NCBI GenBank assembly: GCA_021161905.1
Contig: JAGGZT010000012.1
Location: 17,675 to 81,674, forward strand
Reading direction: 5' to 3'
From: Acidobacteriota bacterium
GTDB lineage: Bacteria; Acidobacteriota; B3-B38; Guanabaribacteriales; JAGGZT01
Length of the DNA: 64,000 bases
Position 1 is the first letter of the stretch; each line of letters begins with the position of its first letter. Shown here one piece after another: positions 29,457-39,782 of this stretch. A program made the position numbers and the translations under genes. The notes beneath the pieces are model-generated. The model was not told the DNA's origin. It searched no databases and worked only from the letters and a program-made list of their open reading frames with translations.

Positions 29457-29525
29457 GAAACCGAAGATATACTATCTCTCCAGACGGTAGCGGTATTTGA
29501 GAGAAGGGAAATTTCACCTTATAAA

Positions 29526-31346
29526 TTACAAAAAGTTATCTAAGGAAGCGAAATAGGCGATGATCTTCTCTGCCTGTCTCCTCCCTACAATAGGGGCAAG
29601 CTCCTCGAGCGATGCCTCACGCACCCTATCCACGCTGCCGAAATAAGTAAGGAGGTCCTCCATCCTTTTCTTACCTACACCGGGGATCTTCATAAGCTCG
29701 CTCGTTATCGTCCGCTCCCGTCTCTTTCTCCGATGGAAGGTGATGGCAAAACGGTGGGCTTCGTCCCTTATCCGCTGAAGGAGTTTAAGCGAAGGGGAAT
29801 TATCCATAAGCCTGATCGGTTCCTTCTCCTCGAGTTTATAGATCAACTCCTCCTCTTTGGCGAGTCCAATTACCGGAATGAAATCGATATCGAGGGTGGT
29901 TAAGGAGGAGCAAGCAGCGTTCACCTGGCCCCTCCCACCATCGATAAGGATGAGATCGGGAAGCTCTCCTCCCTCTTCAAGCACCCGACGATACCTCCTT
30001 AAAACCACCTCCGCCATCGCCTTATAATCATCAGGCTTGCCTGACGGTTCTATCTTGAAATGACGATATTCCTCCTTCGCCGGCTTTCCTCCGATGAAAA
30101 CAACGAGGGAAGCAACTGTGTCCGCTCCAAAGACGGTGGAGATATCGAACGCCTCTATTCTCCTCGGAAGCTTGGGCAGGGAGAGATCACGCTTCAAATG
30201 GGCGAGCTCCCCTTCTTCCCCTCCTATGCGGTTGGCGAGGGCTATCCGGGCATTTTCGATAGCGAGCTCCATTATCCCCCGCTTCTTCCCCCTTTGAGGG
30301 ACGGTTATCACCACCTTCCCTTCCCTTCTTTCCGAGAGCCACTCCTCAAGGAGCTCCTTTCCCTCCGGCTCTAAGGGGACATAGATCCTCCTCGGTATGA
30401 AGTGCTGCTCCAGGTAATACTGCTCGATCACCGAGGAGAGGAAACGAGCATAATCGGCCATCGGGAGCTCCTCGAAGAAAAACTCCCTCCGCCCAACAAC
30501 CAAACCTCGCCGTACATGGAAAACCTCAAGCGAAAGCATCCCCTCCTGCTCATAGTAGCCGAAGTAATCCTCCTCGTCGAATGAGGTCATTGCCATCCGC
30601 TGGCGTTCCGAGATCCGCTCGATGAGCGCTATCGCATCCCGAAACCGCGCCGCCTTTTCGAACTCGAGGTTGGCTGATGCCCTCTCCATCTTTTCCTTCA
30701 GTTTATCAATGAGTTCCCTATTCTTCCCTCGAAGGAGGAGCTTGACATCCTCCACCGCCTCGGCGTACTCCTCACGGCTAACCAGACCAGCACAAGGGGC
30801 GAGACATCTTTTTATCTGGTAATTGAGGCAGGGTTGATACCTCTTCTTCCCGATCTCCCGATTACACTGCCTTATCATAAAGTAGCGGGAAATTAATTTG
30901 AGCGTTTTCCTCGCCAATCCACCGGGAACATAGGGACCGAAATAAAGCGCTCCATCGTTTCTCACCCGGCGGACGAGCATCACCCGGGGATAATCCTCGT
31001 TCACCGTAAGCTTCAAGTAGGGGTAATTCTTATCGTCTCTAAGGAGTACATTATATCGGGGCTTCTCCTTCTTGATCAGGTTATTCTCCAGGATAAGCGC
31101 TTCGACCTCGCTTCCGGTGACGATGAAATCAATATCGGCGATCTCAGAGGCAAGGGATGCCTGCTTCGGGTCCGCCGGTTGATGGAAATAGGAAGGGACC
31201 CGATTTTTCAAGGATTTCGCCTTCCCGATATAGATGATCTCCCCTCTCTCGTTTTTGAAGAGATAAACGCCTGGCTCTTTAGGAAGGCTCGCCAACTTTG
31301 CCTTTAGCCGGGAGGGCATCGGTTCACCTCTTGGCGGTGAGCTCAA
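29526..31346 (-). CDS. uvrC: excinuclease ABC subunit C
   Basis: 606 aa with an N-terminal GIY-YIG domain ([21 protein letters not shown]), a UvrBC-interaction domain and a C-terminal RNase H-like/HhH domain. Confidence 0.93.
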   Translation of the reverse strand: MSSPPRGEPMPSRLKAKLASLPKEPGVYLFKNERGEIIYIGKAKSLKNRVPSYFHQPADPKQASLASEIADIDFIVTGSEVEALILENNLIKKEKPRYNVLLRDDKNYPYLKLTVNEDYPRVMLVRRVRNDGALYFGPYVPGGLARKTLKLISRYFMIRQCNREIGKKRYQPCLNYQIKRCLAPCAGLVSREEYAEAVEDVKLLLRGKNRELIDKLKEKMERASANLEFEKAARFRDAIALIERISERQRMAMTSFDEEDYFGYYEQEGMLSLEVFHVRRGLVVGRREFFFEELPMADYARFLSSVIEQYYLEQHFIPRRIYVPLEPEGKELLEEWLSERREGKVVITVPQRGKKRGIMELAIENARIALANRIGGEEGELAHLKRDLSLPKLPRRIEAFDISTVFGADTVASLVVFIGGKPAKEEYRHFKIEPSGKPDDYKAMAEVVLRRYRRVLEEGGELPDLILIDGGRGQVNAACSSLTTLDIDFIPVIGLAKEEELIYKLEEKEPIRLMDNSPSLKLLQRIRDEAHRFAITFHRRKRRERTITSELMKIPGVGKKRMEDLLTYFGSVDRVREASLEELAPIVGRRQAEKIIAYFASLDNFL

Positions 31347-33324
31347 GGTCCCGGAGTTTGAGCTCCTTTATCTGATCGCGGAGCTCTGCTGCCCGCTCAA
31401 ACTCGAGTCTTCTCGCCGCCTCCCTCATCTCCCGTTCCAGTTTCTTTATCAGGTCCCTGCGCTCAGAGGGAGAAAGTGGAAATTCGGTGCCCCGCTCCTC
31501 GAGAGGAACGGTGAAGTAGTCCGCCTCGTAGACGGAGCTTAAGACATCGCGGATGGACTTCTTTATCGTCTCCGGGGTGATACCGTGTTCCTCGTTATAC
31601 CGCCGTTGGAGCTCACGGCGCCTATTGGTCTCGGCGATCGCCTCCTTTATCGCCCCGGTTATTCTATCCGCATAGATCACCACCTGGCCATTCACATTCC
31701 GCGCTGCCCTACCCGCTGTCTGGATAAGAGAAGTGGTGGAACGGAGAAAACCCTCCTTGTCCCCATCGAGGATGGCGACCAACGACACCTCGGGAAGATC
31801 GAGCCCCTCACGAAGCAGGTTTACCCCGATCAAGACATCAAAATCCCCTCGTCTCAGTTCCCTTATTATCTTCACCCGCTCCAAGGTGTCGATCTCCGAA
31901 TGGAGGTATTTGACCTTTATCCCGAGCTCCTGATAATAATCGGTGAGCTCCTCTGCCATCCTCTTGGTGAGGGTGGTGACGAGCACCCGCTCTTCTCTCT
32001 CGATTCTCTCCCTTATCCTTTCAAGTAGATCATCGACCTGGTTCTTAACCGGACGAACGATTATCTCCGGATCCATCAAGCCAGTAGGCCTTATTATCTG
32101 CTCTACCACCTCCCCTCCAGACATCTCGAGCTCAAAAGGACCAGGGGTGGCGGAGACATAGATGACCTGGGTCACCCGCTCCATAAACTCATCGAAGGTG
32201 AGAGGCCGGTTGTCCAAAGCAGAGGGAAGACGGAAGCCGTACTTCACCAAGGTGAGCTTCCGCGAATGGTCCCCCTCGTACATCCCGCGAAGCTGGGGTA
32301 TCGTCTGATGGCTCTCATCAATGAAGATGATGGCGTCCTTGGGGAGGTAATCGAGAAGACAGGGCGGAGGCTCTCCTGGCTTCCTCCCGGTGAGGTGGCG
32401 GGAGTAGTTCTCAATCCCGTGGCAATAGCCTACCGCCTGGATCATCTCGAGATCGTACATCGTCCGCTCGTATATCCGTTGTGCTTCGAGCAGCTTCCCT
32501 TCCTTGAGGAGCTTAGCGTGATATTGATGGAGCTCCTCCTTTATCGAGGCGATCGCCCGGGCGAGCTGTTCTTCCGGGGTAACATAATGGGAATTGGGGT
32601 AGATGGGCAATCGATGATATTCCCTTAATACCCTCCCGGTAAGCGGGTCTATCTGCGATAGCTCAACTACTTCATCACCGAAGAGCTCAATACGGAACCC
32701 ATTTTCATCATATGGGGGAAATACCTCGATAACATCACCGCGAACGCGAAAGGCGCCTCGTTTAAAATCGTAATCGTTCCTCTCATACTGGATACGAACG
32801 AGCTTCCGCAGGATCTCCTCACGGGACATCCTATCCCCCCGCTCAAGCAAAAGGAGCATCCCGTAGTAGGCTTCCGGAGAACCAAGCCCATAGATACAGG
32901 AAACCGAGGCGACGATGATCACATCCCGCCGTTCAAAGAGGGAACGGGTAGCAGAATGCCTCATTCGATCGAGCTCCTCATTTATATCCGCCTCCTTCTC
33001 TATGTAGGTATCGCTCTGGGGGATGTATGCTTCGGGCTGGTAATAGTCGTAGTAGCTCACGAAATACTCCACCGCATTCTCGGGAAAGAAGCTCTTAAAC
33101 TCCTGATAGAGCTGGGCAGCCAGAGTCTTATTATGGGAGATGACCAGCGTCGGGCGGTTCACCTGTTCGATCACCTTAGCCATAGTGAAGGTCTTCCCCG
33201 AGCCGGTAACCCCGAGGAGGACTTGATGCTTCTTCCCCTCATTCAACCCCCTGACCAACGCCTCTATTGCCTTGGGCTGATCCCCCTTAGGGGTAAACTC
33301 GGAGACAAGCTTAAACCGCTCCAT
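31324..33324 (-). CDS. uvrB: excinuclease ABC subunit B
   Basis: 666 aa with a helicase Walker A ([10 protein letters not shown]), a DEAD-like DESH motif and a C-terminal UVR domain. It overlaps uvrC. Confidence 0.95.
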   Translation of the reverse strand: MERFKLVSEFTPKGDQPKAIEALVRGLNEGKKHQVLLGVTGSGKTFTMAKVIEQVNRPTLVISHNKTLAAQLYQEFKSFFPENAVEYFVSYYDYYQPEAYIPQSDTYIEKEADINEELDRMRHSATRSLFERRDVIIVASVSCIYGLGSPEAYYGMLLLLERGDRMSREEILRKLVRIQYERNDYDFKRGAFRVRGDVIEVFPPYDENGFRIELFGDEVVELSQIDPLTGRVLREYHRLPIYPNSHYVTPEEQLARAIASIKEELHQYHAKLLKEGKLLEAQRIYERTMYDLEMIQAVGYCHGIENYSRHLTGRKPGEPPPCLLDYLPKDAIIFIDESHQTIPQLRGMYEGDHSRKLTLVKYGFRLPSALDNRPLTFDEFMERVTQVIYVSATPGPFELEMSGGEVVEQIIRPTGLMDPEIIVRPVKNQVDDLLERIRERIEREERVLVTTLTKRMAEELTDYYQELGIKVKYLHSEIDTLERVKIIRELRRGDFDVLIGVNLLREGLDLPEVSLVAILDGDKEGFLRSTTSLIQTAGRAARNVNGQVVIYADRITGAIKEAIAETNRRRELQRRYNEEHGITPETIKKSIRDVLSSVYEADYFTVPLEERGTEFPLSPSERRDLIKKLEREMREAARRLEFERAAELRDQIKELKLRDLELTAKR

Positions 33325-33382
33325 TCTTTCTCCCTCTATTCACTATGAATCTACGCTTTTTAAAGAAAAGGGTCAAGGAGGG

Positions 33383-34750
33383 CTACTCTTCCGTCGGGTT
33401 GAAGGGATGTCCGGAAAGTGCTGCCCGCTTTCCCACCTGCTCGAAGAGCAGAGCAAGGTAAGTAGCGAACTTATGAGCGGCAAATAGTTTATGCTCCATA
33501 CTCTCCGCATTGTTGAAATTCTGCACCATAAGTCGGAAATCGCGCCAATCGCGGTACATCAGATACTTCATCGTGGTCCGCTCAAACCTGTTTATAAAGT
33601 CGAGCAGTTTATTGTATGAGGCTTCGTCCTTCTTCTCCTGAAACTCATCAGTATAGCGGATAAGAGACCAAAGGTCCTCCCTCAATTTGAGGGATTCCTC
33701 TACCCGGGTGATAAAATCGAGGAATATATCCGAGCCTGAGATATCCGGCTCGAAAAGCTGGGCGAAGATGACGATCCATTGCTTGAGATGATTGCTGAGA
33801 ATGCCTCGGCTGTTATCCAGTTTGGTGTATACCACCTCAGGGTCGTTCACCATAGCCAGATCTGACAGCTCAAGATTATACACCTTCCTCAGCTCAAGCT
33901 TCGAGGCAAAGACAAAATTATCCACGGTGCGAGCAAAGGGCTCTATCTCCTCCCCCTTCCCCCCATACTTGGCATCAAGATAGGAAAAGAGGATTTCTGC
34001 CTCAAAGTAGAACAGGGATAGAATGGGGAGCGATAACTTCATCAAATCGAGGTTCCATTCTTCAAGGTGGATGAAGTTCAAATAGCTCAGGAGCCGGAAG
34101 AGCTCGAGAAAGAGCTGAGCCACATCCTGTCTCATCGTAGAAGGAACCGCATTTCGTATTATCCCCTTAATCTTCTTATTCACCACCTGATCGTAATATG
34201 GATTGAACCGGAGATCTTTCAGCTTAAGCAAAAAGGGAAACCGGTTTATATTCTGATTTATCATCCTCCCTAAGGAGGAGAAACTGGGGTATGAGACCCA
34301 CTTCATCCGCATAAAATCGAATACTATCATCCGCAAATTCACTAAAGCATCGAAGAGATCGGAGCATTCATCGGTGAGATAGGGAAATGTCTCCGATAGC
34401 TTTACCATAGGCGGGGTATGTTCCGCTATAAGCCGTTCTATATATTGCTTGAACTGAGCAATATTCCACTGTTCCTTCCCTAAAATGATGATCAACAGAT
34501 TGGTGATCCGGACAAGGAGGTTGCTTAGGATCTTAACCTCCCCGGCATAGTTCCGGGTGAACGGCTCCTTTGATTCTGCAGCAAAAAGGGCGAGGTACTC
34601 ATCCCGGGTAAAGCTCTCTAAGCTCTTCACCCACATAGAGAGCTCGAAGATGGGCCTTCTCTTCTCCGGTTTCTCCCTTGCTATTTTAAGTAGATCTACC
34701 GATGGGGAAAACCGGGCTTTACCACCTTTTTTGCCCTTTCCTTTCTCCAT
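33383..34750 (-). CDS. hypothetical ~455-aa alpha-helical protein, no recognisable motifs
   Basis: It is a long intact ORF with high coding density and a Lys/Gly-rich N-terminus (MEKGKGKKGGKARF). No catalytic signatures can be read. Its 5' end overlaps the 3' end of mltG by 55-67 nt depending on the start (ATG 34750 or TTG 34762). Confidence 0.65.
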   Translation of the reverse strand: MEKGKGKKGGKARFSPSVDLLKIAREKPEKRRPIFELSMWVKSLESFTRDEYLALFAAESKEPFTRNYAGEVKILSNLLVRITNLLIIILGKEQWNIAQFKQYIERLIAEHTPPMVKLSETFPYLTDECSDLFDALVNLRMIVFDFMRMKWVSYPSFSSLGRMINQNINRFPFLLKLKDLRFNPYYDQVVNKKIKGIIRNAVPSTMRQDVAQLFLELFRLLSYLNFIHLEEWNLDLMKLSLPILSLFYFEAEILFSYLDAKYGGKGEEIEPFARTVDNFVFASKLELRKVYNLELSDLAMVNDPEVVYTKLDNSRGILSNHLKQWIVIFAQLFEPDISGSDIFLDFITRVEESLKLREDLWSLIRYTDEFQEKKDEASYNKLLDFINRFERTTMKYLMYRDWRDFRLMVQNFNNAESMEHKLFAAHKFATYLALLFEQVGKRAALSGHPFNPTEE

Positions 34751-35742
34751 TTCAACCGCCAATATAGTTTCTGGTATTTATACACCGCCCGATTATGCTC
34801 GGCAAGCGTTCTCGAAAAGTAATGCCTTCCGTTATTCATCGAGACGAAATAGAGATAGGGGACATCCGCCGGATAAAGGGCGGCGATGATGGAATCCTTC
34901 CCCGGGTTTGCCACTGGTCCTGGGGGGAGCCCTGGATGAATATAGGTGTTATAGGGGGATTCGAACCTGAGGTCTCTCCTTCTTATATTACCATCATACC
35001 TTCCGGCGAGCTTCAGAGCGTAGATCAGGGTGGGATCGCATTGAAGGAGCATCCCCCGCTTAAGCCGACGATGAAAGACCGCCGAGATCAAGGGACGCTC
35101 ATCGGGAGTCGAGGTTTCCTTCTCGATAAGGGAAGCAAGCGTTATCAGCTGATGAATGGAAAGACCAAGCTCTTTTGCCCGCTTTTTCAGCTCTGGCGTT
35201 AGAACTCGCTTAAGATTTTCTACCATAAGGCGAATAATCTCTCGTGGTGGGGTCCCATGGGAAAGCTGATAGGTATCGGGAAAGAGATACCCCTCCACCG
35301 TCTTCGCCCCGGGAGCAAGATCGGCGATGGGCTTAGTATCCCGACAGGCAGAGAGGAACTCCGAGGCGGGGAAAAATCCCTTCTCCTCAAAGATGCGAGC
35401 GATCTCGAAGATATCCTTCCCCTCAGGGATAGTTACCTGACGGAGATAAACCTTGCCCCTCATCAGTTTCTCGTAGATATCGATAAGGCTACTCCCCCTG
35501 CTTATGAAATACTCGCCCGCCTTGATCCCTTTCTCTCTCCCACCAGCACGGAGGAGAAATTTGAAGAAAACAGGGTGAAGAATGAACCCCTTCTCATAAA
35601 GAAGGAGGGAGACTTTCTCTCCGGAAGAGCCGTAAGGGATAAAAAGGAAACCCTCTTTATCAATTGGATGGTTGTAAATATAAACAGCCCCTCCTCTTGC
35701 CAAAAAATAAACAATAAACGCTATAAGCCAAACCTTTCTCAC
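34696..35742 (-). CDS. mltG: endolytic murein transglycosylase MltG (YceG family)
   Basis: 348 aa with an N-terminal TM helix and a YceG domain (...LYFVSMNNGRHYFSRTLAEHNRAV...). It lies downstream of ruvX, as is common. Confidence 0.88.
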   Translation of the reverse strand: MRKVWLIAFIVYFLARGGAVYIYNHPIDKEGFLFIPYGSSGEKVSLLLYEKGFILHPVFFKFLLRAGGREKGIKAGEYFISRGSSLIDIYEKLMRGKVYLRQVTIPEGKDIFEIARIFEEKGFFPASEFLSACRDTKPIADLAPGAKTVEGYLFPDTYQLSHGTPPREIIRLMVENLKRVLTPELKKRAKELGLSIHQLITLASLIEKETSTPDERPLISAVFHRRLKRGMLLQCDPTLIYALKLAGRYDGNIRRRDLRFESPYNTYIHPGLPPGPVANPGKDSIIAALYPADVPYLYFVSMNNGRHYFSRTLAEHNRAVYKYQKLYWRLKWRKERAKKVVKPGFPHR

Positions 35743-36176
35743 CCCTCCTCCTTTGCTCTTAGATATTCGAGATACCCCTTAAGGATGATCACCGCCGCCA
35801 ACTTGTCGATCACCTTTCGCCTCTTCTCTCTCCTCAACCCTCCATCTATCAACACCCTCTCCGCCTCCACCGTGGTGAGCCGTTCATCCCAGGGAACAAC
35901 CTTTATTTTGAGCGCCTTCTTCAGCTTCTCAATAACCTCTTTAATTTCCTCTGCCTTCCTTCCCAGAGTACCGTCCATCCTTCTGGGAAACCCTACCACC
36001 AGTTTGGATATCCCATATTCCTCGATGAGTGCGGAAAGCCTCCTCACATCCTCCCGCCAATTCTTCCGCTCAATGGTGGCTATCCCCTGGGCGGTGATAC
36101 CAAGCTCATCGCTTACAGCAACCCCGATCCTCTTCTCCCCGATATCGAGACCCATTATCCTTTTTCTCTCGGTCAC
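35739..36176 (-). CDS. ruvX: Holliday-junction resolvase-like YqgF/RuvX
   Basis: An RNase H-fold N-terminus (MGLDIGEKRIGVAVSD). The start may be the internal ATG (MGLD...) at about 36155. Confidence 0.88.
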   Translation of the reverse strand: MTERKRIMGLDIGEKRIGVAVSDELGITAQGIATIERKNWREDVRRLSALIEEYGISKLVVGFPRRMDGTLGRKAEEIKEVIEKLKKALKIKVVPWDERLTTVEAERVLIDGGLRREKRRKVIDKLAAVIILKGYLEYLRAKEEG

Positions 36177-36619
36177 ATAAACTCCTTATATTGGGAGAGC
36201 TTTTCCTTTGGAGGAAGCTGTTCCACCTCCACCGAAATGCCTATTGCCCGAGGATCAGCCGGAGTGTACTTTAGGAGTTCGGTCTTTCCGATACCAGGAT
36301 CGAGATCGGAGACATCCACCGTTATCCTTCCCTCGGCTATCGGCTTCTCATCCTTATCGTATTGAACAAGCTTCAGGGTCAAATAGTTCAGCTTCTTCCG
36401 GGAGTTATTCACTATATGGAGGTTGAGAAGAATCTCCCCTTCCTCTCGCTTAATAATACAGTTAGTCACCTCCACCTTGAACTGGTTCCTGGTGTTTATG
36501 ATGCTCAGCTCCTTCTCGCTGTATCCGTAAGGGTTTTTCTCCTTCCTCTTCTCTTTGGAACAAGCGGGAAGGAGAAACACCAAAAAAATCAGTCCAATTA
36601 AAATAGCCCTTCTTCGCAT
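36173..36619 (-). CDS. hypothetical lipoprotein
   Basis: 148 aa with a signal peptide and lipobox LLPAC|S. It overlaps the ruvX start by 4 nt. Confidence 0.65.
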   Translation of the reverse strand: MRRRAILIGLIFLVFLLPACSKEKRKEKNPYGYSEKELSIINTRNQFKVEVTNCIIKREEGEILLNLHIVNNSRKKLNYLTLKLVQYDKDEKPIAEGRITVDVSDLDPGIGKTELLKYTPADPRAIGISVEVEQLPPKEKLSQYKEFM

Positions 36620-36767
36620 CTTCCTCCTCTTAAAATCTCCATTTTTTAAATTTTACCATACCTTTCGACCTCCCTCAACCGTTTTGGTTTAGCTCCCTCA
36701 CTCATTAAAATTTTAGAGATGAAGACGAAGGATGGTATAATCTCCTCGCATAAATAGTTCGCTGAAG

Positions 36768-38003
36768 ATGAAGAAAAAGGGAAAGATCGCTATTACTATC
36801 GCTGGCATCGTTCTCTTTGCCCTGCTTGGCGGCTATACCTATCTCCGGGCAAAGGAAGGAAGCTCTGACTTCGCCATCCAGTACCGCATCGCTTCCGCCC
36901 TCTTTGCCGGGGAAAACCCTTATACCAAGTTCTTGAACAATCGCTACCCGGTCTTCTTATTCCTCTTAATTGCCCCCCTCAGCAGATTGTCCCTCCCCAC
37001 TGCGGTCATAATCTGGTATCTCTTGAACCTTGCTCTCTTCGGCTGGTCATATTACCTCCTCATAAACTCGCTTCCACAAGAAACGCCAGGAGGAAAACCT
37101 ATATGGAAGATCCTCCCGTTGATCCTCATATTGGGGATATTGGCGGACAATCTATATCTGGGACAGATGAACATCCTCCTTCTCTTTCTCATCGGGCTAA
37201 CCTTGCTCCTCCATCAAAGGGGAAAAGAGTTCGCAGCCGGCTTTACTCTTGCCCTGGGGATAGCATTAAAGCTCACTCCCCTTCTTCTCCTTCTCTATTT
37301 CATCTATCGGCGAAGGGTCAAACTGACCCTGGCTACCATAATAAGCCTTATCATCCTCCTATCCCTGCTTCCCATTCCCTTCCTCGGCTGGGAGCGGAAT
37401 TTCGAACTCCTCTCTTCCTTCTATCAACAGGTGATAAAACCGACCGTAAGCGGCGGGATCGGATATTCGATAGGTGCCTACCGCCATACCAATCAATCGC
37501 TTGCTGCCTTCCTCTTCCGCTTGCTTGCCAGAACACCGGCTGACACCATCTCAGGGAAAACCGTTTACGCCAACATCGCCGATCTCAGCGAGGAGACAAT
37601 CTCCCTAATAATAAAGATAGCTGACCTGATAATTATCGCCCTGCTCGCCATCTTCCTCCGCCAGCGCACCAGCTTGAAAGAGGGCGCTTTCATCCCCTTC
37701 TTTGAGTACTCCTTAATCGTGATGGCGATGCTCCTTATCTCTCCCATCTCCTGGATCAGCCATTTTATCCTCCTCACCATCCCCTATATCGTAGGTAGCT
37801 GGTATGCTCTCAAGCTGAAGGGAAGGATGGGGAGCCTCATCCTTTCTTCCCTTTTTACCTGCTTTCTTTTATCCTCGCTCGGGGTAAGCCGAAGGCTTCA
37901 GTCCTACTCCCCACTCTTTTTGGGGACGATTATCCTCTTCTCCTCCTTCCTCTTTGTGCTGATAAGGGAAAGAAAGCTTCAATCTGAGGAGCAAGCTCGA
38001 TAG
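36768..38003 (+). CDS. polytopic membrane protein, possibly DUF2029/GT87-like glycosyltransferase
   Basis: 411 aa with about 10 predicted TM helices and conserved acidic/aromatic loops near the N-terminus. The family assignment comes from overall pattern only. An extended -10 box, TGGTATAAT, lies upstream. Confidence 0.5.
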   Translation: MKKKGKIAITIAGIVLFALLGGYTYLRAKEGSSDFAIQYRIASALFAGENPYTKFLNNRYPVFLFLLIAPLSRLSLPTAVIIWYLLNLALFGWSYYLLINSLPQETPGGKPIWKILPLILILGILADNLYLGQMNILLLFLIGLTLLLHQRGKEFAAGFTLALGIALKLTPLLLLLYFIYRRRVKLTLATIISLIILLSLLPIPFLGWERNFELLSSFYQQVIKPTVSGGIGYSIGAYRHTNQSLAAFLFRLLARTPADTISGKTVYANIADLSEETISLIIKIADLIIIALLAIFLRQRTSLKEGAFIPFFEYSLIVMAMLLISPISWISHFILLTIPYIVGSWYALKLKGRMGSLILSSLFTCFLLSSLGVSRRLQSYSPLFLGTIILFSSFLFVLIRERKLQSEEQAR

Positions 38004-39130
38004 GTTTTCTCCGCCTCCCTAAGAGCCTTCTCCCCATCGACGGAAACGCCAAGCTGGGAAAGAATGAGGGAAAGAGCCTTTATAAGTTCAAAGGTGTCGG
38101 AAAAGGAGAGGTAGCCCATATGTCCCACCCGGAAGATCTTGCCTGCAAGCTCTTCCTGCCCTCTTGCCACGACAAAGCCGAACTCCCGATCAAGCAGGGA
38201 AACCACCTGGTCGGGATCTACCCTCGGCGGTGGTACTACCGCAGTAAGGGCGTTGCTCGGGGCTTCTTTAGCCAATGGAGAGAGGAAAAGATGAGGAAGC
38301 GCCGATCTGAAGGAGGCGGAAAGACGGGCTCGCTCTTCGATCATCCGATCAAGCCCCACCTCCTCGAGGATGTAGGAAAGCGCCCGGTCGAGGTGAAAGA
38401 TGAGGGAGCTTGCTGGGGTGAAAGGGGTGAAACCCCTTTGAATGAGGGAGCGCGCCCTTTCGAGATCGAAGTAGTACCGGGGGAGCTTTCCTCGTTTAAC
38501 CCGCTCCCAAGCTCGTGATGATAAAGAAATAAAAGAAAGACCGGGATAGCCCATAAAACCCTTCTGAGAACAGCCGATAACCACATCGAGCCCCCACTCG
38601 TCCATCCTCATAGGATGGAGGGCGAGCGAGGAAATGGCATCGACCACGAGAAGCACATCGGGAAAATGGGAAACCACATCCGCCACCATCCGGGGATCGG
38701 TATAGGCACCGGTGGCGGTCTCCACCGCGGCAAAGAGAACCCCTGAGATATCCCGTTCAGCCTCAAGCCTCTCTCTCAGCTCCTCAGGGGATACTGCCGC
38801 TCCCCGCGGAAGGGAAATGACGCTCACCTCAAGCCCGAAGACCCTCGCTAACTCCGCCCATCTTCTTCCAAACTTCCCGGAATCGATCACCAATACCCTC
38901 TCCCCGGGAGAAAAAAGGTTGACCACCACCGCCTCCATCGCCCCGGTACCAGAAGAGGTGAGGATGAACACCGGCTCCTTGGTTCCGAAGACCAGCTTGA
39001 GCTTCTCCTCGACCGAGGAGAGAAGCTTCCTAAAATCGCTCGTACGATGATGAAAAAGATCAATCCGGGAAAGAGGATAAGGCTCTACTGGGCCAGGGGT
39101 AAACAACTTTCTTCTTTCTTCTGCTCCCAT
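37979..39130 (-). CDS. class V aminotransferase (serine-glyoxylate/phosphoserine aminotransferase-like)
   Basis: It has LFTPGPV near the N-terminus, the SGTGAMEA motif and a PLP-lysine region (...GCSQKGFMG...). The internal start at MGAEERRKLF is preferred over the ORF-track start at 39163. Its 3' end overlaps the convergent upstream gene by 25 nt. Confidence 0.8.
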   Translation of the reverse strand: MGAEERRKLFTPGPVEPYPLSRIDLFHHRTSDFRKLLSSVEEKLKLVFGTKEPVFILTSSGTGAMEAVVVNLFSPGERVLVIDSGKFGRRWAELARVFGLEVSVISLPRGAAVSPEELRERLEAERDISGVLFAAVETATGAYTDPRMVADVVSHFPDVLLVVDAISSLALHPMRMDEWGLDVVIGCSQKGFMGYPGLSFISLSSRAWERVKRGKLPRYYFDLERARSLIQRGFTPFTPASSLIFHLDRALSYILEEVGLDRMIEERARLSASFRSALPHLFLSPLAKEAPSNALTAVVPPPRVDPDQVVSLLDREFGFVVARGQEELAGKIFRVGHMGYLSFSDTFELIKALSLILSQLGVSVDGEKALREAEKTYRACSSD

Positions 39131-39241
39131 TCCAAGAAAAATAATAGCATAGATGGAAAGCACCTTTAAAATAAAAAAGGACTGCCATTTGAGTTAATAT
39201 TCGTGTATAATTTTTTTAAATAAAAATTAAAGGAGGTCCTT

Positions 39242-39745
39242 ATGAGAAAAGGAAGAACTGGAAAAACTATCATAGGTCTCTCCATCATTCTCATCCTTAT
39301 CGCCCTTCCCTTGTTTGGCAAGGAGAAGAAGGCACCCAATTTCACCCTTCCCGATCTCACTGGGAAGCAGCTATCCCTCTCCGACTTTGCGGGAAAGGTG
39401 GTGATCGTTGACTTCTGGGCTACCTGGTGCCCCCCCTGCAAAGTGGAGATACCCCACTTTGTCGAGCTTTACAATAAATATCACGAAAAAGGGCTCGAGA
39501 TAATAGGAATAGTGCTCAGCTCCGGAACTACGGAGAAGGTAGCGAAAGAGGTGAAAAAGCTCGGTATCAACTACATCGTACTGATGGGAAATGAGAAGGT
39601 AGCCAACGACTTCGGCGGCATTGTGGGGGTTCCCACCACCTTCTTCATCGATAAGCAGGGGAACATCGTGAAGAAGTATGTGGGATACCGCAGGGGATTG
39701 GAGAAGGAATTCGAAAAATTAGTAAAAGACCTCTTAAGTAAATAA
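39242..39745 (+). CDS. periplasmic thiol:disulfide oxidoreductase, TlpA/ResA family
   Basis: 167 aa with a signal anchor and a thioredoxin fold with WATWCPPCK. A strong Shine-Dalgarno sequence, AAAGGAGG, is present. Confidence 0.85.
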   Translation: MRKGRTGKTIIGLSIILILIALPLFGKEKKAPNFTLPDLTGKQLSLSDFAGKVVIVDFWATWCPPCKVEIPHFVELYNKYHEKGLEIIGIVLSSGTTEKVAKEVKKLGINYIVLMGNEKVANDFGGIVGVPTTFFIDKQGNIVKKYVGYRRGLEKEFEKLVKDLLSK

Positions 39746-39782
39746 CCTTTTAAATTAATTATTAAAGGAAAGGAAATCGACT

